A stretch of DNA of 64,000 bases from positions 27,793 to 91,792 of IMG/VR virus record IMGVR_UViG_3300031965_000007. One strand, written 5' to 3'. Positions 26,560-36,897 of this stretch are shown here, piece after piece. The position numbers and the translations under genes were made by a program. Source of the stretch: a virus. How positions within the stretch are numbered: the stretch's first letter is position 1; each line of letters starts with the position of its first letter. Under the pieces are notes generated by a model that saw nothing but the letters and a program-made list of their open reading frames with translations, was not told the origin of the DNA and searched no databases.

Positions 26560-27254
26560 GTGGTGCTGACGACTCGGTCTTCTTGCAAGAGGACCAGGTA
26601 GCAACGAGACTGATCACGCGCGCAGACGACGTGGTCGACTATAGCGATGTGCGCACCACAGATTGCTGGCACGCGATCGTTCGCGGAATCTCTGAATACC
26701 TGCGCGGCAAGGTCATCCCGTGGGATGGCGGCGTCTCCTACAGGCTTCTGCAGGTGTACGAAGGTTGGGCTGATCCCGAAGAGCTAGCGATGTGGCCGTC
26801 TGCGTGCGTGCACATGGAGGGGTCTGCGCAGTATGACTACGCCTCTCTCACCAACCAAACTGATCAACTTCCTGACGGCCAAGTGATCCGCATCACAGGC
26901 GAGATCTCGGGTACATTCACAGTGGACGTTTGGTGCACCAACAAAACAGAGCGGCTTGCGCTGGCTGCTCTAATCGAAGACCTCTTGGATCCGGTCGACT
27001 GGATGTCTGGGTTTCGCTTGGTCTTGCCGCACTATCACAATGCGATCATGACCGGCTTGCTCGAGTCCGTATCGATCATCGACAGCCCAGAGTCTGCTGG
27101 TAAGCGCTGGCGCTTAGCCAGTTTTTCCGTCAGCGCCCAGATGTCGAAGCTCAAGCTCGTCGGGTCGGTTCCGCGGTTTGATCCTCGCCTCGATTCGCGT
27201 GTCTACGACAACCCAACGGAGTACGCGGCAGCTCTGGCAGAGTCAAGTACCTAG
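26556..27254 (+). CDS. tail terminator-like protein
   Basis: WPSACV, F.VDVW.....ER; directly upstream of sheath. Confidence 0.6.
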   Translation: MSGADDSVFLQEDQVATRLITRADDVVDYSDVRTTDCWHAIVRGISEYLRGKVIPWDGGVSYRLLQVYEGWADPEELAMWPSACVHMEGSAQYDYASLTNQTDQLPDGQVIRITGEISGTFTVDVWCTNKTERLALAALIEDLLDPVDWMSGFRLVLPHYHNAIMTGLLESVSIIDSPESAGKRWRLASFSVSAQMSKLKLVGSVPRFDPRLDSRVYDNPTEYAAALAESST

Positions 27255-27316
27255 CAAAAAGACCCTGTATCAGTTACCGTTCGCCCGAGCATCTCGGGCT
27301 CACCCAGGAGGATTCC

Positions 27317-29374
27317 GTGTCCGGCTTCACTCGACGCTTCAACTATTACCCAGGTACCGAAGTCCTCACCCAGATCGAGGGTGTGAGCATCGTCGACCTG
27401 CCGCCTCCCGGCTCGATCTCAGGTGTTGCGACGGGCGTGGTTGCGGCAGTCGGCGAATGCGCAGACATGACCTATGCCACGTCCGTCGACACCAGCGGCA
27501 ATGTGTCGACGAAGATCGTGCCGCAGGAGGTCCTCAGTGCTCAAGACCTGATCAACAAGTTCGGCGGATTCGACGAAACACTCGGAGAGTTTGGCGTCAG
27601 CGGCGGCAATCTGTACGCCGCTCTGCGCAGCAAGAGCTTCTCTAGGCTGATTCTCGCAGCCGTCAATCTCTGCTCGGCCAAAGGCGCGCGCGTGTTTCGC
27701 CAGCTACCTGTGTGCCGATCTCAAACGGATGCGGCCGCAGTCGTTCCTGTGCTTGGCGGCACAGTGTCTGCAGGTCGAGAGTTCCGCTCAGGCGCAGGTC
27801 GGCTGAAGATCGGTGCCAGGCAGGAGTTCACTGCCAACGAGCCCATCACATCCGGAACCGCCGGTTCCTGCACTTCAGGTGCTTCGGCAGTGACGCAGGA
27901 GTTCGAGTCAGGCGCGCTCGACTGGACAACGATCACACGCCCTGACGGCACGCTGGGGGCTGCCAAGGGTGACATCTTTGTTCTCGGGTACAACAATGGT
28001 GGCGCGATCGCGCCTGTTGCTGAAGGCGGCACGTACCGTGTGGCGTCTACACCTGCTTCCGGCACCACACTGACGATCGAGCGCCTTGACGGCGCAGCGT
28101 TCGAGTTCACTTCGCAAGCAAACGTGCCTTGGCGTCTGCACTTGGCCAGCGACGCAGATACGGCACTTGTAATCGTACCTGGGGCAGCTGTTCCAGGTGG
28201 CTATGCAGCGGCAGACGCAGGCGGTTACACCGTCCCAATCCGGCCGATCACTGACTCTGCAGGCGCGCAATCTGACGGTACGTACTCTGCCGGCACTGTG
28301 CTCGCACCGGCAGTCGTGCCAGACGCAGCAGACGGCGACTCGTGGGATCCGCTGTCCGGTCTCGGCGCCAGAACCATCGTAGGTGGCACAACCGCTTTCA
28401 CGGCTGCTACGCAAGGGATCAACCCTGTAGCGTCGGCAACCATCGACGCGCTCTACGCCACTGCGATCGACGCGTTCCTCGCAGACGAAGATCCGGTTCG
28501 CGACGCCAACCTCATCGTTGCAGCACGGACGAGTGCGAACAACCGAACCAAACTCCGCAGTCACGTACTCGAAGCAAGTCAGCGCGGCCGCGGCAGGATT
28601 GCTGTGATCAGCCCTGACTTGGCACAACAGACGACCACGGCAGTAACCGCGACCGCATCTCCTGGTGTAGGGGCAACTCGCGCAGAGCGTGTCGTGTACG
28701 CGTGGCCAGGCGAGCGTGTCTACGTGCAAGAGGCCGTCGGGTTCAGGCTGAAAGTCGCGACTGGCTTGACCACAATCGACGGCATCCTCGATCTCGCTGC
28801 GGACTTTCGCGCTGCAAGCGTCATGTCCAACTTGGCGCCTGAGCGCAACCCTGGCCAAGCAGCTGAGCCGGTTCCTACGGTCATGGCAACTGTCGTCGGC
28901 ATTCAGCGAGGCGTTTCCGGTCTGGGGATCAACGAGTACGTTGCGCTACGTGCAGCCGGCATCATGGCGATGCGTATCGACAGAAGGTCAGGCCCGATCT
29001 TCCAGAGCGGCGTGACATCGTCTCTCACCAGCGGGCAGAAGAACATTTTCCGCCGGCGCATGGCAGACTTCATCCAAGACTCGCTCTCGGAGCGCCTGGT
29101 TGGGTTCTCCAAGCTGCCGCTCACCAACCAGCTCAAGGACGGCGCCGTGGGTGAGGTCGACGCCTTTCTGCTCGAGCTGCAGAGTCCGAACAACCCCGCT
29201 GCACAGCGGATCAACCAGTACCAAGTCGACGACAAGAGCGGTAACACGCCCAATCTCGAAGCGAAAGGCATCTACGTGATCATCACTCGTGTGCGCCTCA
29301 CGCCGACTGCGGACTTCATCGTTCTCCAGACAGAGATCGGCGAAAACGTCGTCATTACCGAGCAAGCTGCCTGA
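27317..29374 (+). CDS. tail sheath protein
   Basis: IEGV.IVD N-terminus, KFGG, RRRMADFI, DKSGNTP, VRLTPTADFIVL C-terminus. Confidence 0.9.
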   Translation: MSGFTRRFNYYPGTEVLTQIEGVSIVDLPPPGSISGVATGVVAAVGECADMTYATSVDTSGNVSTKIVPQEVLSAQDLINKFGGFDETLGEFGVSGGNLYAALRSKSFSRLILAAVNLCSAKGARVFRQLPVCRSQTDAAAVVPVLGGTVSAGREFRSGAGRLKIGARQEFTANEPITSGTAGSCTSGASAVTQEFESGALDWTTITRPDGTLGAAKGDIFVLGYNNGGAIAPVAEGGTYRVASTPASGTTLTIERLDGAAFEFTSQANVPWRLHLASDADTALVIVPGAAVPGGYAAADAGGYTVPIRPITDSAGAQSDGTYSAGTVLAPAVVPDAADGDSWDPLSGLGARTIVGGTTAFTAATQGINPVASATIDALYATAIDAFLADEDPVRDANLIVAARTSANNRTKLRSHVLEASQRGRGRIAVISPDLAQQTTTAVTATASPGVGATRAERVVYAWPGERVYVQEAVGFRLKVATGLTTIDGILDLAADFRAASVMSNLAPERNPGQAAEPVPTVMATVVGIQRGVSGLGINEYVALRAAGIMAMRIDRRSGPIFQSGVTSSLTSGQKNIFRRRMADFIQDSLSERLVGFSKLPLTNQLKDGAVGEVDAFLLELQSPNNPAAQRINQYQVDDKSGNTPNLEAKGIYVIITRVRLTPTADFIVLQTEIGENVVITEQAA

Positions 29375-29377
29375 ACC

Positions 29378-29407
29378 TTGAGCTTGCCTCGGTAACGGTG
29401 CTAGACT
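29378..29407 (+). promoter_or_regulatory. candidate sigma70-type promoter upstream of tail tube
   Basis: TTGAGC-18 bp-TAGACT with extended TG. Confidence 0.35.
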
Positions 29408-29529
29408 CGGCACCGTGACCTGGAGGCAGGCTCTGTGGTCAGCAGTCGCACCCTCTGCAAGAGGGGATAGGGCTCGCGGATTGGGGTGACACCCAGTTCG
29501 CGGGCTTTTCGCGTTGGGGAGGAAATCAC

Positions 29530-29961
29530 ATGGCCCAGAGGATCAAAGGACAAGAGGTAGAGGTGTTGATGGTCGTCAACGGTCAGCCGAAGACGAACAT
29601 CACGACCGTTCGTAACTTTGAGGTCACGCTTCAGACAGAGATCCTCTCCGAAGGTTACCTCGGTGAGACGACGGAGAGGAAGGACTCGATCTTCAAAGGC
29701 ATTGCTGGAAAGATCGAGATTCATTTCGACAACCAGGAGATCATGCGCGTCTTCGAAGAGATCGTGAACAAGGCGCGCCGTCGTACGCCAGGCACAAAGA
29801 TCAACATCAAGGCGACGTTGAACTTCCCAGGCGGCCAGCGCCCCAGGATCATGATCAACGACGTGGAGTTCGGCGCGCTACCGATGAGCTTCGGCTCGCG
29901 CTCAGACTACGGTAACGTGAGTCTCGACTTCGAGGCCAGCGAGCCGTCGTTCCTGTACTGA
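29530..29961 (+). CDS. tail tube protein
   Basis: 143 aa after sheath; GGAGG RBS; beta-rich, YLGE motif. Confidence 0.8.
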   Translation: MAQRIKGQEVEVLMVVNGQPKTNITTVRNFEVTLQTEILSEGYLGETTERKDSIFKGIAGKIEIHFDNQEIMRVFEEIVNKARRRTPGTKINIKATLNFPGGQRPRIMINDVEFGALPMSFGSRSDYGNVSLDFEASEPSFLY

Positions 29962-29996
29962 TCAACTTCGTTTCAAAGAGAGTCTGTAGGTGATTC

Positions 29997-30341
29997 ATGA
30001 ATGAAAATCGAGTCGAGCATACGTTCACGCTTCCCGAAGGCGTCGCCAAGATCACAGACGTCAAGACGCTGACGCTCGTCGAGCTATCAGCAGACGAAGA
30101 GATGATGGCGACCAACCGTGCACGCGGCGATCAAATCCGCGTGGCATGGGAGCTGCCCAAGGAAGCCTTACGCGCGGTCAACGGCACAAGGTGTGGAACT
30201 GGCGACGGCACGGTCGACAAGATCTGGGTCGCGATGCACCCGAAGGCGCGCAACTTCGTAATGCAAGCCTACAATCATTTGCACAACCCGCAGATGGCTG
30301 AGGTGAAGGATTTTTTGGCGAGCATCGAGAGCAAGGCGTAG
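29997..30341 (+). CDS. tail assembly chaperone (gpG-like)
   Basis: between tube and TMP; LVELSADEEMMA. Confidence 0.8.
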   Translation: MNENRVEHTFTLPEGVAKITDVKTLTLVELSADEEMMATNRARGDQIRVAWELPKEALRAVNGTRCGTGDGTVDKIWVAMHPKARNFVMQAYNHLHNPQMAEVKDFLASIESKA

Positions 30342-30553
30342 TCACCCTTGCGATCTTTGCGATCGCGCTCTCTGAAGAAGAGAACACAAAAGCACAGCAG
30401 ATCATGAAGCTTTACGCCTTTCTCGGGCGATACGCGCACCAGGACATCGGCACCTTACGCAAGATGTCGGTACGAGAGTTGGTGTGGCTGGCTAATGAAA
30501 CGGCTGAGCTTCTACGCGAAGAAGCAGAAGCACACCAAGTGAACAACGACTGA
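30311..30553 (+). CDS. -1 frameshift extension of tail chaperone (gpGT-like)
   Basis: slippery T TTT TTG at 30311-30317 in the chaperone frame; -1 frame open to TGA 30551-30553 (...LYAFLGRYAHQ...LLREE). Confidence 0.75.
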   Translation, partial: FFGEHREQGVVTLAIFAIALSEEENTKAQQIMKLYAFLGRYAHQDIGTLRKMSVRELVWLANETAELLREEAEAHQVNND

Positions 30554-30564
30554 GGAGCGGACCC

Positions 30565-32379
30565 ATGGAGCAGATCGTCAGCGTACTTCTTCGCGCCACG
30601 GGCGCTTCTCAGTTCGGCGGCCAAATGGCCCAAATGGTGTCGCACGCCAACGTTGCGCAGCACGCCGTACAGCACTTGAGTAGCACGCTGAACATGGTCA
30701 AGATGGCTGTTGCCGGCGCTGTAGGCGGGTTCACGCTCAACGCGGTGATGAACCTGGGTAAGGAGTTCGAGAACACGCAGAATAAGATGGCCGGCTACCT
30801 CACCTCTCTCGGCGAGGCTCCGGACTTCAATACTGCACTCCAGCAGTCGGCTGACATCTACAAGCAGATCGAGCTGACGAGTGCGGCGTTGCCTGGCGAG
30901 GCTGAGGACTACGTACGCGTATTCACGACTGCGTTGCCGCAGATCCAGCGATCCATTGGCGGTACGATGGACGAGATGGTGAAGTTTTCGAACCAGGTTG
31001 CCGCTGTTGGCGCCACGTTCGGGATCGACTCCATGCAGATCGCGAACGACATGCGGCGTCTTTTGCAGCCAGGCAAAGGCGGCGCTGGTATGGACGTGCA
31101 GCTCTTCACACAGATGCTGCCATTCCTTCAACAGATCGAAGGCCAAGCCAACCTCACAACCGAGTCGTTCAACGCCATGGGCGAAGCCCAGCGCGCTGCG
31201 TTGCTCAAGCAAGTGGTATACGGAAACGGTATCTCAGAGATGATCGCCAACGCAGCGAACGGCTGGGAGGCCATGAGCGGCACATTGGCAGCGATCGCCA
31301 AAACTGTTTGGCGGATGGGCACTTCTCCTCTGTTCGACGGCATGAAGCAAGGCGCGCAGGTCCTCGCAGGGTACTTCATGGACGCGGACGGTCAGTTGAC
31401 GTCCCTCGGCAACACGTTGGTAGGGGTTACAAGGATCATTTCTGAAGGCCTTGTCGTCGGCGTGCAGACGGCAGCGCGTGGCATCAGCTGGCTGGTAGGC
31501 AACTTCGAGCGGCTCTACAACACTGTCGCAGGCGCCGTGTTGCCGATCTTTCAGACAAAGATCGACATGGTCGTCGCAGCGCTTCCGTCTCTTGGGAGCG
31601 CGCTCGACTACGCGACCAGCGCGATCATGGGGCTGTGGAATGTGATCCAGCCTCTTCTTCCCATCTTCCAGATACTCACAGACGCAGCGCTTGGCCTTGT
31701 GCTGAACGCAATCGAGCCGATGATGCGCGGTATGGGGGATTTCGTCGAGACGGTTGCGAGCTTCGGCGGGTGGTTTGGCGAGATGATCGGCGAGATCATG
31801 TGGTGGCTTGTGCCGCCTATCCAGTCACTCGGCACAGGTATCGGCAAGCTTATCGAAGGATTGCTGCACTTCGCTGGCCCTGTGATTGGCCTGCTCGTAG
31901 GCGGAGTCCTGAAGATCGCTGAGTACGTCGCACCAGTGGTTGGGTTCTTGATCGATCGCCTTGCAGAGTTCGGCCGAGGTCTAGGGGAGATCCTCTACTG
32001 GCTCGGTGACAAGATGCGCGCGTGGTTCGGTATGGAGATGACCACCGTCAAGCAGGCCCCTGCAACAAAGAAGCTTGGCGAGGCTGCAGGCGGGATCGCG
32101 ACTTTCCTGCGAAACATGAAGGCCGGGATGGCGTGGGCATCTCTAGGTGGCGCCGCTGCGCCTGATCTTTCTGGCTTGAAGAGGCGCGCTCGTACGCCAG
32201 GCGCTCGAGGAGGTACTAAGATCCACCAGGACTTCAGGAATAGCCGCTTCACAATCGATCAGAAGTTCGAAGAAGGCTTTGACCCTGACCGCATCGCGAT
32301 CTCATTCGCAAACGATCTGCAACGAATCGGCGAGTTTAGGCTTCACAGCGGGCTCGATCCGCTCTATGCGCTTCGCTAA
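30565..32379 (+). CDS. tape measure protein
   Basis: 604 aa, helical A/G/L-rich with periodic aromatics; follows the chaperones. Confidence 0.88.
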   Translation: MEQIVSVLLRATGASQFGGQMAQMVSHANVAQHAVQHLSSTLNMVKMAVAGAVGGFTLNAVMNLGKEFENTQNKMAGYLTSLGEAPDFNTALQQSADIYKQIELTSAALPGEAEDYVRVFTTALPQIQRSIGGTMDEMVKFSNQVAAVGATFGIDSMQIANDMRRLLQPGKGGAGMDVQLFTQMLPFLQQIEGQANLTTESFNAMGEAQRAALLKQVVYGNGISEMIANAANGWEAMSGTLAAIAKTVWRMGTSPLFDGMKQGAQVLAGYFMDADGQLTSLGNTLVGVTRIISEGLVVGVQTAARGISWLVGNFERLYNTVAGAVLPIFQTKIDMVVAALPSLGSALDYATSAIMGLWNVIQPLLPIFQILTDAALGLVLNAIEPMMRGMGDFVETVASFGGWFGEMIGEIMWWLVPPIQSLGTGIGKLIEGLLHFAGPVIGLLVGGVLKIAEYVAPVVGFLIDRLAEFGRGLGEILYWLGDKMRAWFGMEMTTVKQAPATKKLGEAAGGIATFLRNMKAGMAWASLGGAAAPDLSGLKRRARTPGARGGTKIHQDFRNSRFTIDQKFEEGFDPDRIAISFANDLQRIGEFRLHSGLDPLYALR

Positions 32380-32391
32380 AGGAGTCCGTGA

Positions 32392-33690
32392 ATGGGCATT
32401 CTCGACAGAGTGAGGTCAGGCCCCGAGGTGGTGAGCAGCGTAAGTGCGTTCATCATTCGGGAGGTGAGTACGTTCGACAGGGTGATCCTCACAGGGCGCG
32501 GCTTGCCACATCGCCCGTTCAGTTTGTCGACGTCGCAGCGGCTGTCAATGACCTGGTTGCCAGGGTACTCGGTTGCTACGGCGCAGCTTCTAGGTGCCAA
32601 AGAAGAGACGAGCACGATCAGAGGTAAGTGGAGCGACAAGTACCTAGCGCAGAGCGCTACGTCTGCGCAGGACCTAGGCCCGCTCGGCAACGCTTTTGCC
32701 GGCATCGACAACGCGATTGGTGCCGCAGCCGCAACGATCGGGCTCGGCAGCACCGGTTTAGGCGGTGCTGTGAACGAAACTGAACCTGTTTCGTACAAGA
32801 ACCAGCGTGTAGAGTCTGCGTTCGCAGCAGCAGAGATTGTCGACAACATCGTGCGTACAGGCGCGTTGGTTGACGTGTTCTGGGACAACCACGCACGGCG
32901 AGGCTTCATCACGAAGTTTGCAAAGGACTGGTACACCTCGCGCGACCTCGAATGGGAGATGGAGTTCACGTGGATCTCTAGGCAAGAGGCCGATCCGCCT
33001 GTCACAGCACAAGAGCTTGGCATCGGCGACACCGCTTCTCTGTTTCAAGCTCTATCCGACGCGCTCAATCTCGAGGCGCTACCGCCTACCTTCCCAATGG
33101 CCAACGACGTACTTGCAGACCTGAACGCCGGCTTACTACGCATTGCAAACACCACACAAGCGATCGCAGATACGGTCAACAACACCGCAACGCTAGTCAT
33201 TGCGCCGTTCACCATTGCTCGTAACGTGATGGCGTTGTCAGAAACGATCCGCGGGCAGGCTGTCGGCCTTGCAAACACCCTTCGGTCGCGCGTTCCCTCT
33301 GGCATGGCCAAGGTCAAGCGCGACGGGAACAGGCAAGAGGAGCAAGCAGAAAACGCTTCCGACCCGCAGATCGAGAAATCAGAGTACGCTGTGAGCTTCT
33401 CTGACGACCTGATCGCAAAGGCTTACCTAGCAAACGTTCTCACGGCGTTGAACGAGATCGCGAAGGTAGGCGCAGAGAAGCGCGACGAGTATGCGCAGAA
33501 GCTTGATCGACAAATCGATGCGATTGTGACTGTGCGTGCAGGCCAAGATCTCCGCACTCTATCCGTTACCTACTACGATACGCCGCACGAGTGGAGGAGG
33601 ATCGCACTAGCCAACGAGCTGAGTGCCACAGAGATTTTGCCTGGTATGGTTCTAGTGATCCCCAGGCTCTCTGACGGGGAGGGCTGCTGA
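32392..33690 (+). CDS. tube initiator / baseplate protein with C-terminal LysM-like domain
   Basis: C-terminal DLRTLS..YY.....WRRIA.AN......PG.VL.IP. Confidence 0.75.
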   Translation: MGILDRVRSGPEVVSSVSAFIIREVSTFDRVILTGRGLPHRPFSLSTSQRLSMTWLPGYSVATAQLLGAKEETSTIRGKWSDKYLAQSATSAQDLGPLGNAFAGIDNAIGAAAATIGLGSTGLGGAVNETEPVSYKNQRVESAFAAAEIVDNIVRTGALVDVFWDNHARRGFITKFAKDWYTSRDLEWEMEFTWISRQEADPPVTAQELGIGDTASLFQALSDALNLEALPPTFPMANDVLADLNAGLLRIANTTQAIADTVNNTATLVIAPFTIARNVMALSETIRGQAVGLANTLRSRVPSGMAKVKRDGNRQEEQAENASDPQIEKSEYAVSFSDDLIAKAYLANVLTALNEIAKVGAEKRDEYAQKLDRQIDAIVTVRAGQDLRTLSVTYYDTPHEWRRIALANELSATEILPGMVLVIPRLSDGEGC

Positions 33691-35405
33691 TGTCTGATTA
33701 CACCCCGTACTACCCGTCGATGATCGCGAACCTTAGGCTGTCGTTTGATCCTACGTTGACGATTCCGACCACTGCGCCAGATCTTTGGTCAATCGACAGC
33801 GCGTTGGCAGCGCCTGCTACACCTGCGCGAGTCAAGAGCGAGCCGCTCGCGATCGCCAAAGGACCTGCGAGCTACATACTCAATAGAGTGCCGTCCGCAG
33901 CTACGATTCAACTTCCTGGGCACAGGCCTGCGGGGCGCTTCACGCTTTCGTTCCCGTTCAAAGACCTGCCTATTGATCCGCGTACAGTGCAGAGTTGCGC
34001 TGTGGACGTGTACGTCGGTACCGTGCTCGCTTCCAACTTCGCTCGCGGTATGGCAGGCGAGGCTCCGTTCGGGGTCAAGTTGAGCGTGCTGGATACAACG
34101 GAGTTCTTCGGTGACACCTCAAACCTTGTGATCAGCGGCATGGTTGATGAGTGGCAAGTCGCGCACAAGGACGACGGCGACATTGTTACCATCATGGGAC
34201 GGGACCTGCGCGGCATTCTCATCGACACGCCTGTGCACACCGACCAGAAGACCTCGGACAAGGTCCTGCACTCGCTCGACCACAACCTACCCATCCAGCT
34301 GGTCATCGAGCAGCTCTACAAGACGCACCCGCTCACCGAGCGTATCAAGATACGCACCAGCCTCAGCGAGTGGCCGGGTGGCATCCCGCCAGCACCAGGC
34401 GGCAGGGCGATGCCGCGGCACCGCAAAGGCGCCAAAGGCAAGAAAACAGGTGGGACTGCAGGCAGCTCCTCGAAGGCGTCAAAGCTGTCGTTCTGGGATG
34501 TCACAGTGCAGCTATGCTACCTGGTAGGAGCCATCCCGTCGTTCGTCGGCTCGGAGCTGCACATCCGGCCTTCGAGGTCCTTGTTTGACCAGGCATTGGT
34601 CCAGTTCGACCCTTCGCGTCCCACGCCGTTCAAAGACGCGCAGCCGCGCGCTCGAGACGCGGTAAGCGGCAAGGCCTTCCCGAAGCCCATCACAGCCAGG
34701 CGCATGGTGTACGGCAGGGACATTGAATCCCTGACGTTTGATCGCAAGTTTGGTGGCTTTCGAAAGCCGCGACAAGTCAGGTGCGTCAACGCAGACGCAA
34801 CGGTTGAAGGTAAGTACCCCTCAAACGAGATCGCATCGCGCCTGGTAGCGAGCGGCCAGAAAGCCATGGCAGACATCTTGTGGGTGCCTGTCCACGAGAT
34901 CGACGACGAGAAGCGGCTCACCGAGATCGCGCAGGCTGTCTACGAAGAGATCGGTCGCGGCGAGATCGGTGGCACAGTCTCTACCAAAGCATTGTCGAGT
35001 TTTGGCGGCGACAACCGTGACCCCGACTTGCTCAGGCTACGCCCAGGTGACGCGATCGAGTTCGCTACTGACGTACGTACGCTGGCGCGGCAGGCACCGC
35101 TCGTTTCCGAGTTCACAGATCACATGCGAAAGTCGTTCAACACGCAAGTCGCTGACGTTGCCAAGCGTATCGGCGACGTCAACCTCTCGCGAGTGATCAT
35201 CTCGACAGCACGAGGAATCATCAACGAGCTGCAGAACTTCTACCGTGTCTCTGCTGTGACGTTTGGCTGGAGCGTAGACGGCTTGCAAGTCGGCTTCGAC
35301 TTCCAGAACTACGTCGTCAAGTCCTTCGACAAGGATGGTAGCCGCAACAAGTCGGGCGGTGTTGTGACCGAAGTCGTCGTGCCGGGCCAAGGATTCAAGA
35401 GATGA
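33690..35405 (+). CDS. baseplate hub protein (gpD / gp27-like)
   Basis: G.VDEW.V......VTI.GRDLRGIL.D; LRPGD.I. Confidence 0.75.
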   Translation: MSDYTPYYPSMIANLRLSFDPTLTIPTTAPDLWSIDSALAAPATPARVKSEPLAIAKGPASYILNRVPSAATIQLPGHRPAGRFTLSFPFKDLPIDPRTVQSCAVDVYVGTVLASNFARGMAGEAPFGVKLSVLDTTEFFGDTSNLVISGMVDEWQVAHKDDGDIVTIMGRDLRGILIDTPVHTDQKTSDKVLHSLDHNLPIQLVIEQLYKTHPLTERIKIRTSLSEWPGGIPPAPGGRAMPRHRKGAKGKKTGGTAGSSSKASKLSFWDVTVQLCYLVGAIPSFVGSELHIRPSRSLFDQALVQFDPSRPTPFKDAQPRARDAVSGKAFPKPITARRMVYGRDIESLTFDRKFGGFRKPRQVRCVNADATVEGKYPSNEIASRLVASGQKAMADILWVPVHEIDDEKRLTEIAQAVYEEIGRGEIGGTVSTKALSSFGGDNRDPDLLRLRPGDAIEFATDVRTLARQAPLVSEFTDHMRKSFNTQVADVAKRIGDVNLSRVIISTARGIINELQNFYRVSAVTFGWSVDGLQVGFDFQNYVVKSFDKDGSRNKSGGVVTEVVVPGQGFKR

Positions 35406-36115
35406 GATCACCTACTCGAGCAAGGCGCGGTAGCGGTGTAGCGCCCCCGATGTCTGCGCAGCCAGGCATTGATCCGCGCGTGTGGTTCAGCCTAGCTGTT
35501 GTAAAGGAGTTGGGATGGGATCCAGTTGCCATACCAGGTGTGAGCGGCGGAGTCTTTGCCGACGTTCAGCTTTTGCCAGACGGCGAGCCAGAGACTTGCT
35601 TCATCGGAATGCCGTACGCCGAAGATGGCGCCGGCGCATGGTTCCCGCTCGAGATCGGTGAGCTGGTTGTTGTGGCTGTCCCAATGGGCGACACAGGTTC
35701 TGGCCCTACAATCGTTGCCCGTATGTGGCGAAAGTCAGCTGCACCTGTTGCCGCCGATCTAGACTGGGCGCCTGGAGCAGGTGCACAAGAGCCTCCTAGC
35801 GACATTTGGATCCGCGCCAAGCAAGGCAAAGCGATCAAGATTCGCACGCAAGCCGCAGACATCGACATCCGTGTCGAGGTTACAGGCGATGTCGTGATCG
35901 AGAATCTTGGTACGGGTAAGGTCAAACTCGGCTTAGCCGAGACTGCTCAGCCTGTCACCAACGACACGCTACTCACGTTAGCGATTCAAGCTGCGTCGAC
36001 AGTCCTTGCAGGTGCGCCAGGTGTCACAGACAACGTTCTGCGAACAGCGGTCGTAGCGGCGTTGAACGCGATCGCAGCTGCACCCACAGGCACAGTCAAG
36101 ACGGAGGCAACATGA
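35402..36115 (+). CDS. baseplate spike protein (gpV-like OB fold)
   Basis: G.W.P.E.GE.V.V..P.GD...P.IV.R.W. Confidence 0.75.
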   Translation: MRSPTRARRGSGVAPPMSAQPGIDPRVWFSLAVVKELGWDPVAIPGVSGGVFADVQLLPDGEPETCFIGMPYAEDGAGAWFPLEIGELVVVAVPMGDTGSGPTIVARMWRKSAAPVAADLDWAPGAGAQEPPSDIWIRAKQGKAIKIRTQAADIDIRVEVTGDVVIENLGTGKVKLGLAETAQPVTNDTLLTLAIQAASTVLAGAPGVTDNVLRTAVVAALNAIAAAPTGTVKTEAT

Positions 36116-36888
36116 GTTGGGGTCTATCACCGTGGGGCTTGCATCCGTACGGGCTCGGCACATCTGTACCGTTCAGCGTGCTGTCCGTAGAAGCTCGAGC
36201 AGAGTTAGTTGTGCGTGTCTCTCTCACACGTGCCGCACTCGCGCAGCAGAGCACAGGTGTCGGGGATGCGCTCAACCCTCGTACGTGGTTGATCGTAGAC
36301 GAGAACGGCTTTGCGTTCACCGTTCTCAGCGTGCGAGAGATCTCGCTGGCAACCGCGTTCGAGCTTTACCTTCTCCAAAAGCTCGGGCCCAGCGGTATCT
36401 CGCACACCTTGCACGCACCTTTCCTGAAGGACACGCAGGGTGGTGCGATCACAGTGTCGGAAATGGACTTCGACGGTCTGCAGGCGGCTGCGTTCTCTGC
36501 CGGTGCTCGATCTACGCAGGTCGACTTTGCCAAGTCCGCAGACAACTTCTTCCAGTTCGGGGCAGGTGGCGACTACGAAGTGCACGCAGGTAACTCGCTA
36601 CTCAAGAAGCTCTTCTACAGGCGTCTTTCCACGTCGCCAGGCGGGTTCTTTCATCTTGCCGACTACGGTCTGGGGATAGGGTTGAAGGAGCCGCTGAATG
36701 CAGCTCGCTTGGTTCAGCTCAAAGTAGAAGTGCAGAAGCAGCTACAGCTCGAGCCAGAGGTTGAGCAGGTGGCTGCAAGCGTACGCTTGGATGCCAACGG
36801 CGTTCTGCTGATCATGGTCAGCGCCAAAATCGCAGCCACAGGCACTGAGATCAAAGAGACGTTCATTCCGCGTGTGGTGTCCACCTGA
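36112..36888 (+). CDS. baseplate wedge / sheath initiator (gp25 / Mu gp46-like) with N-terminal extension
   Basis: RRL.T.PG.F.HL.DYG.G....QL..EPEV. Confidence 0.75.
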   Translation: MSWGLSPWGLHPYGLGTSVPFSVLSVEARAELVVRVSLTRAALAQQSTGVGDALNPRTWLIVDENGFAFTVLSVREISLATAFELYLLQKLGPSGISHTLHAPFLKDTQGGAITVSEMDFDGLQAAAFSAGARSTQVDFAKSADNFFQFGAGGDYEVHAGNSLLKKLFYRRLSTSPGGFFHLADYGLGIGLKEPLNAARLVQLKVEVQKQLQLEPEVEQVAASVRLDANGVLLIMVSAKIAATGTEIKETFIPRVVST

Positions 36889-36897
36889 GGTGATCTA

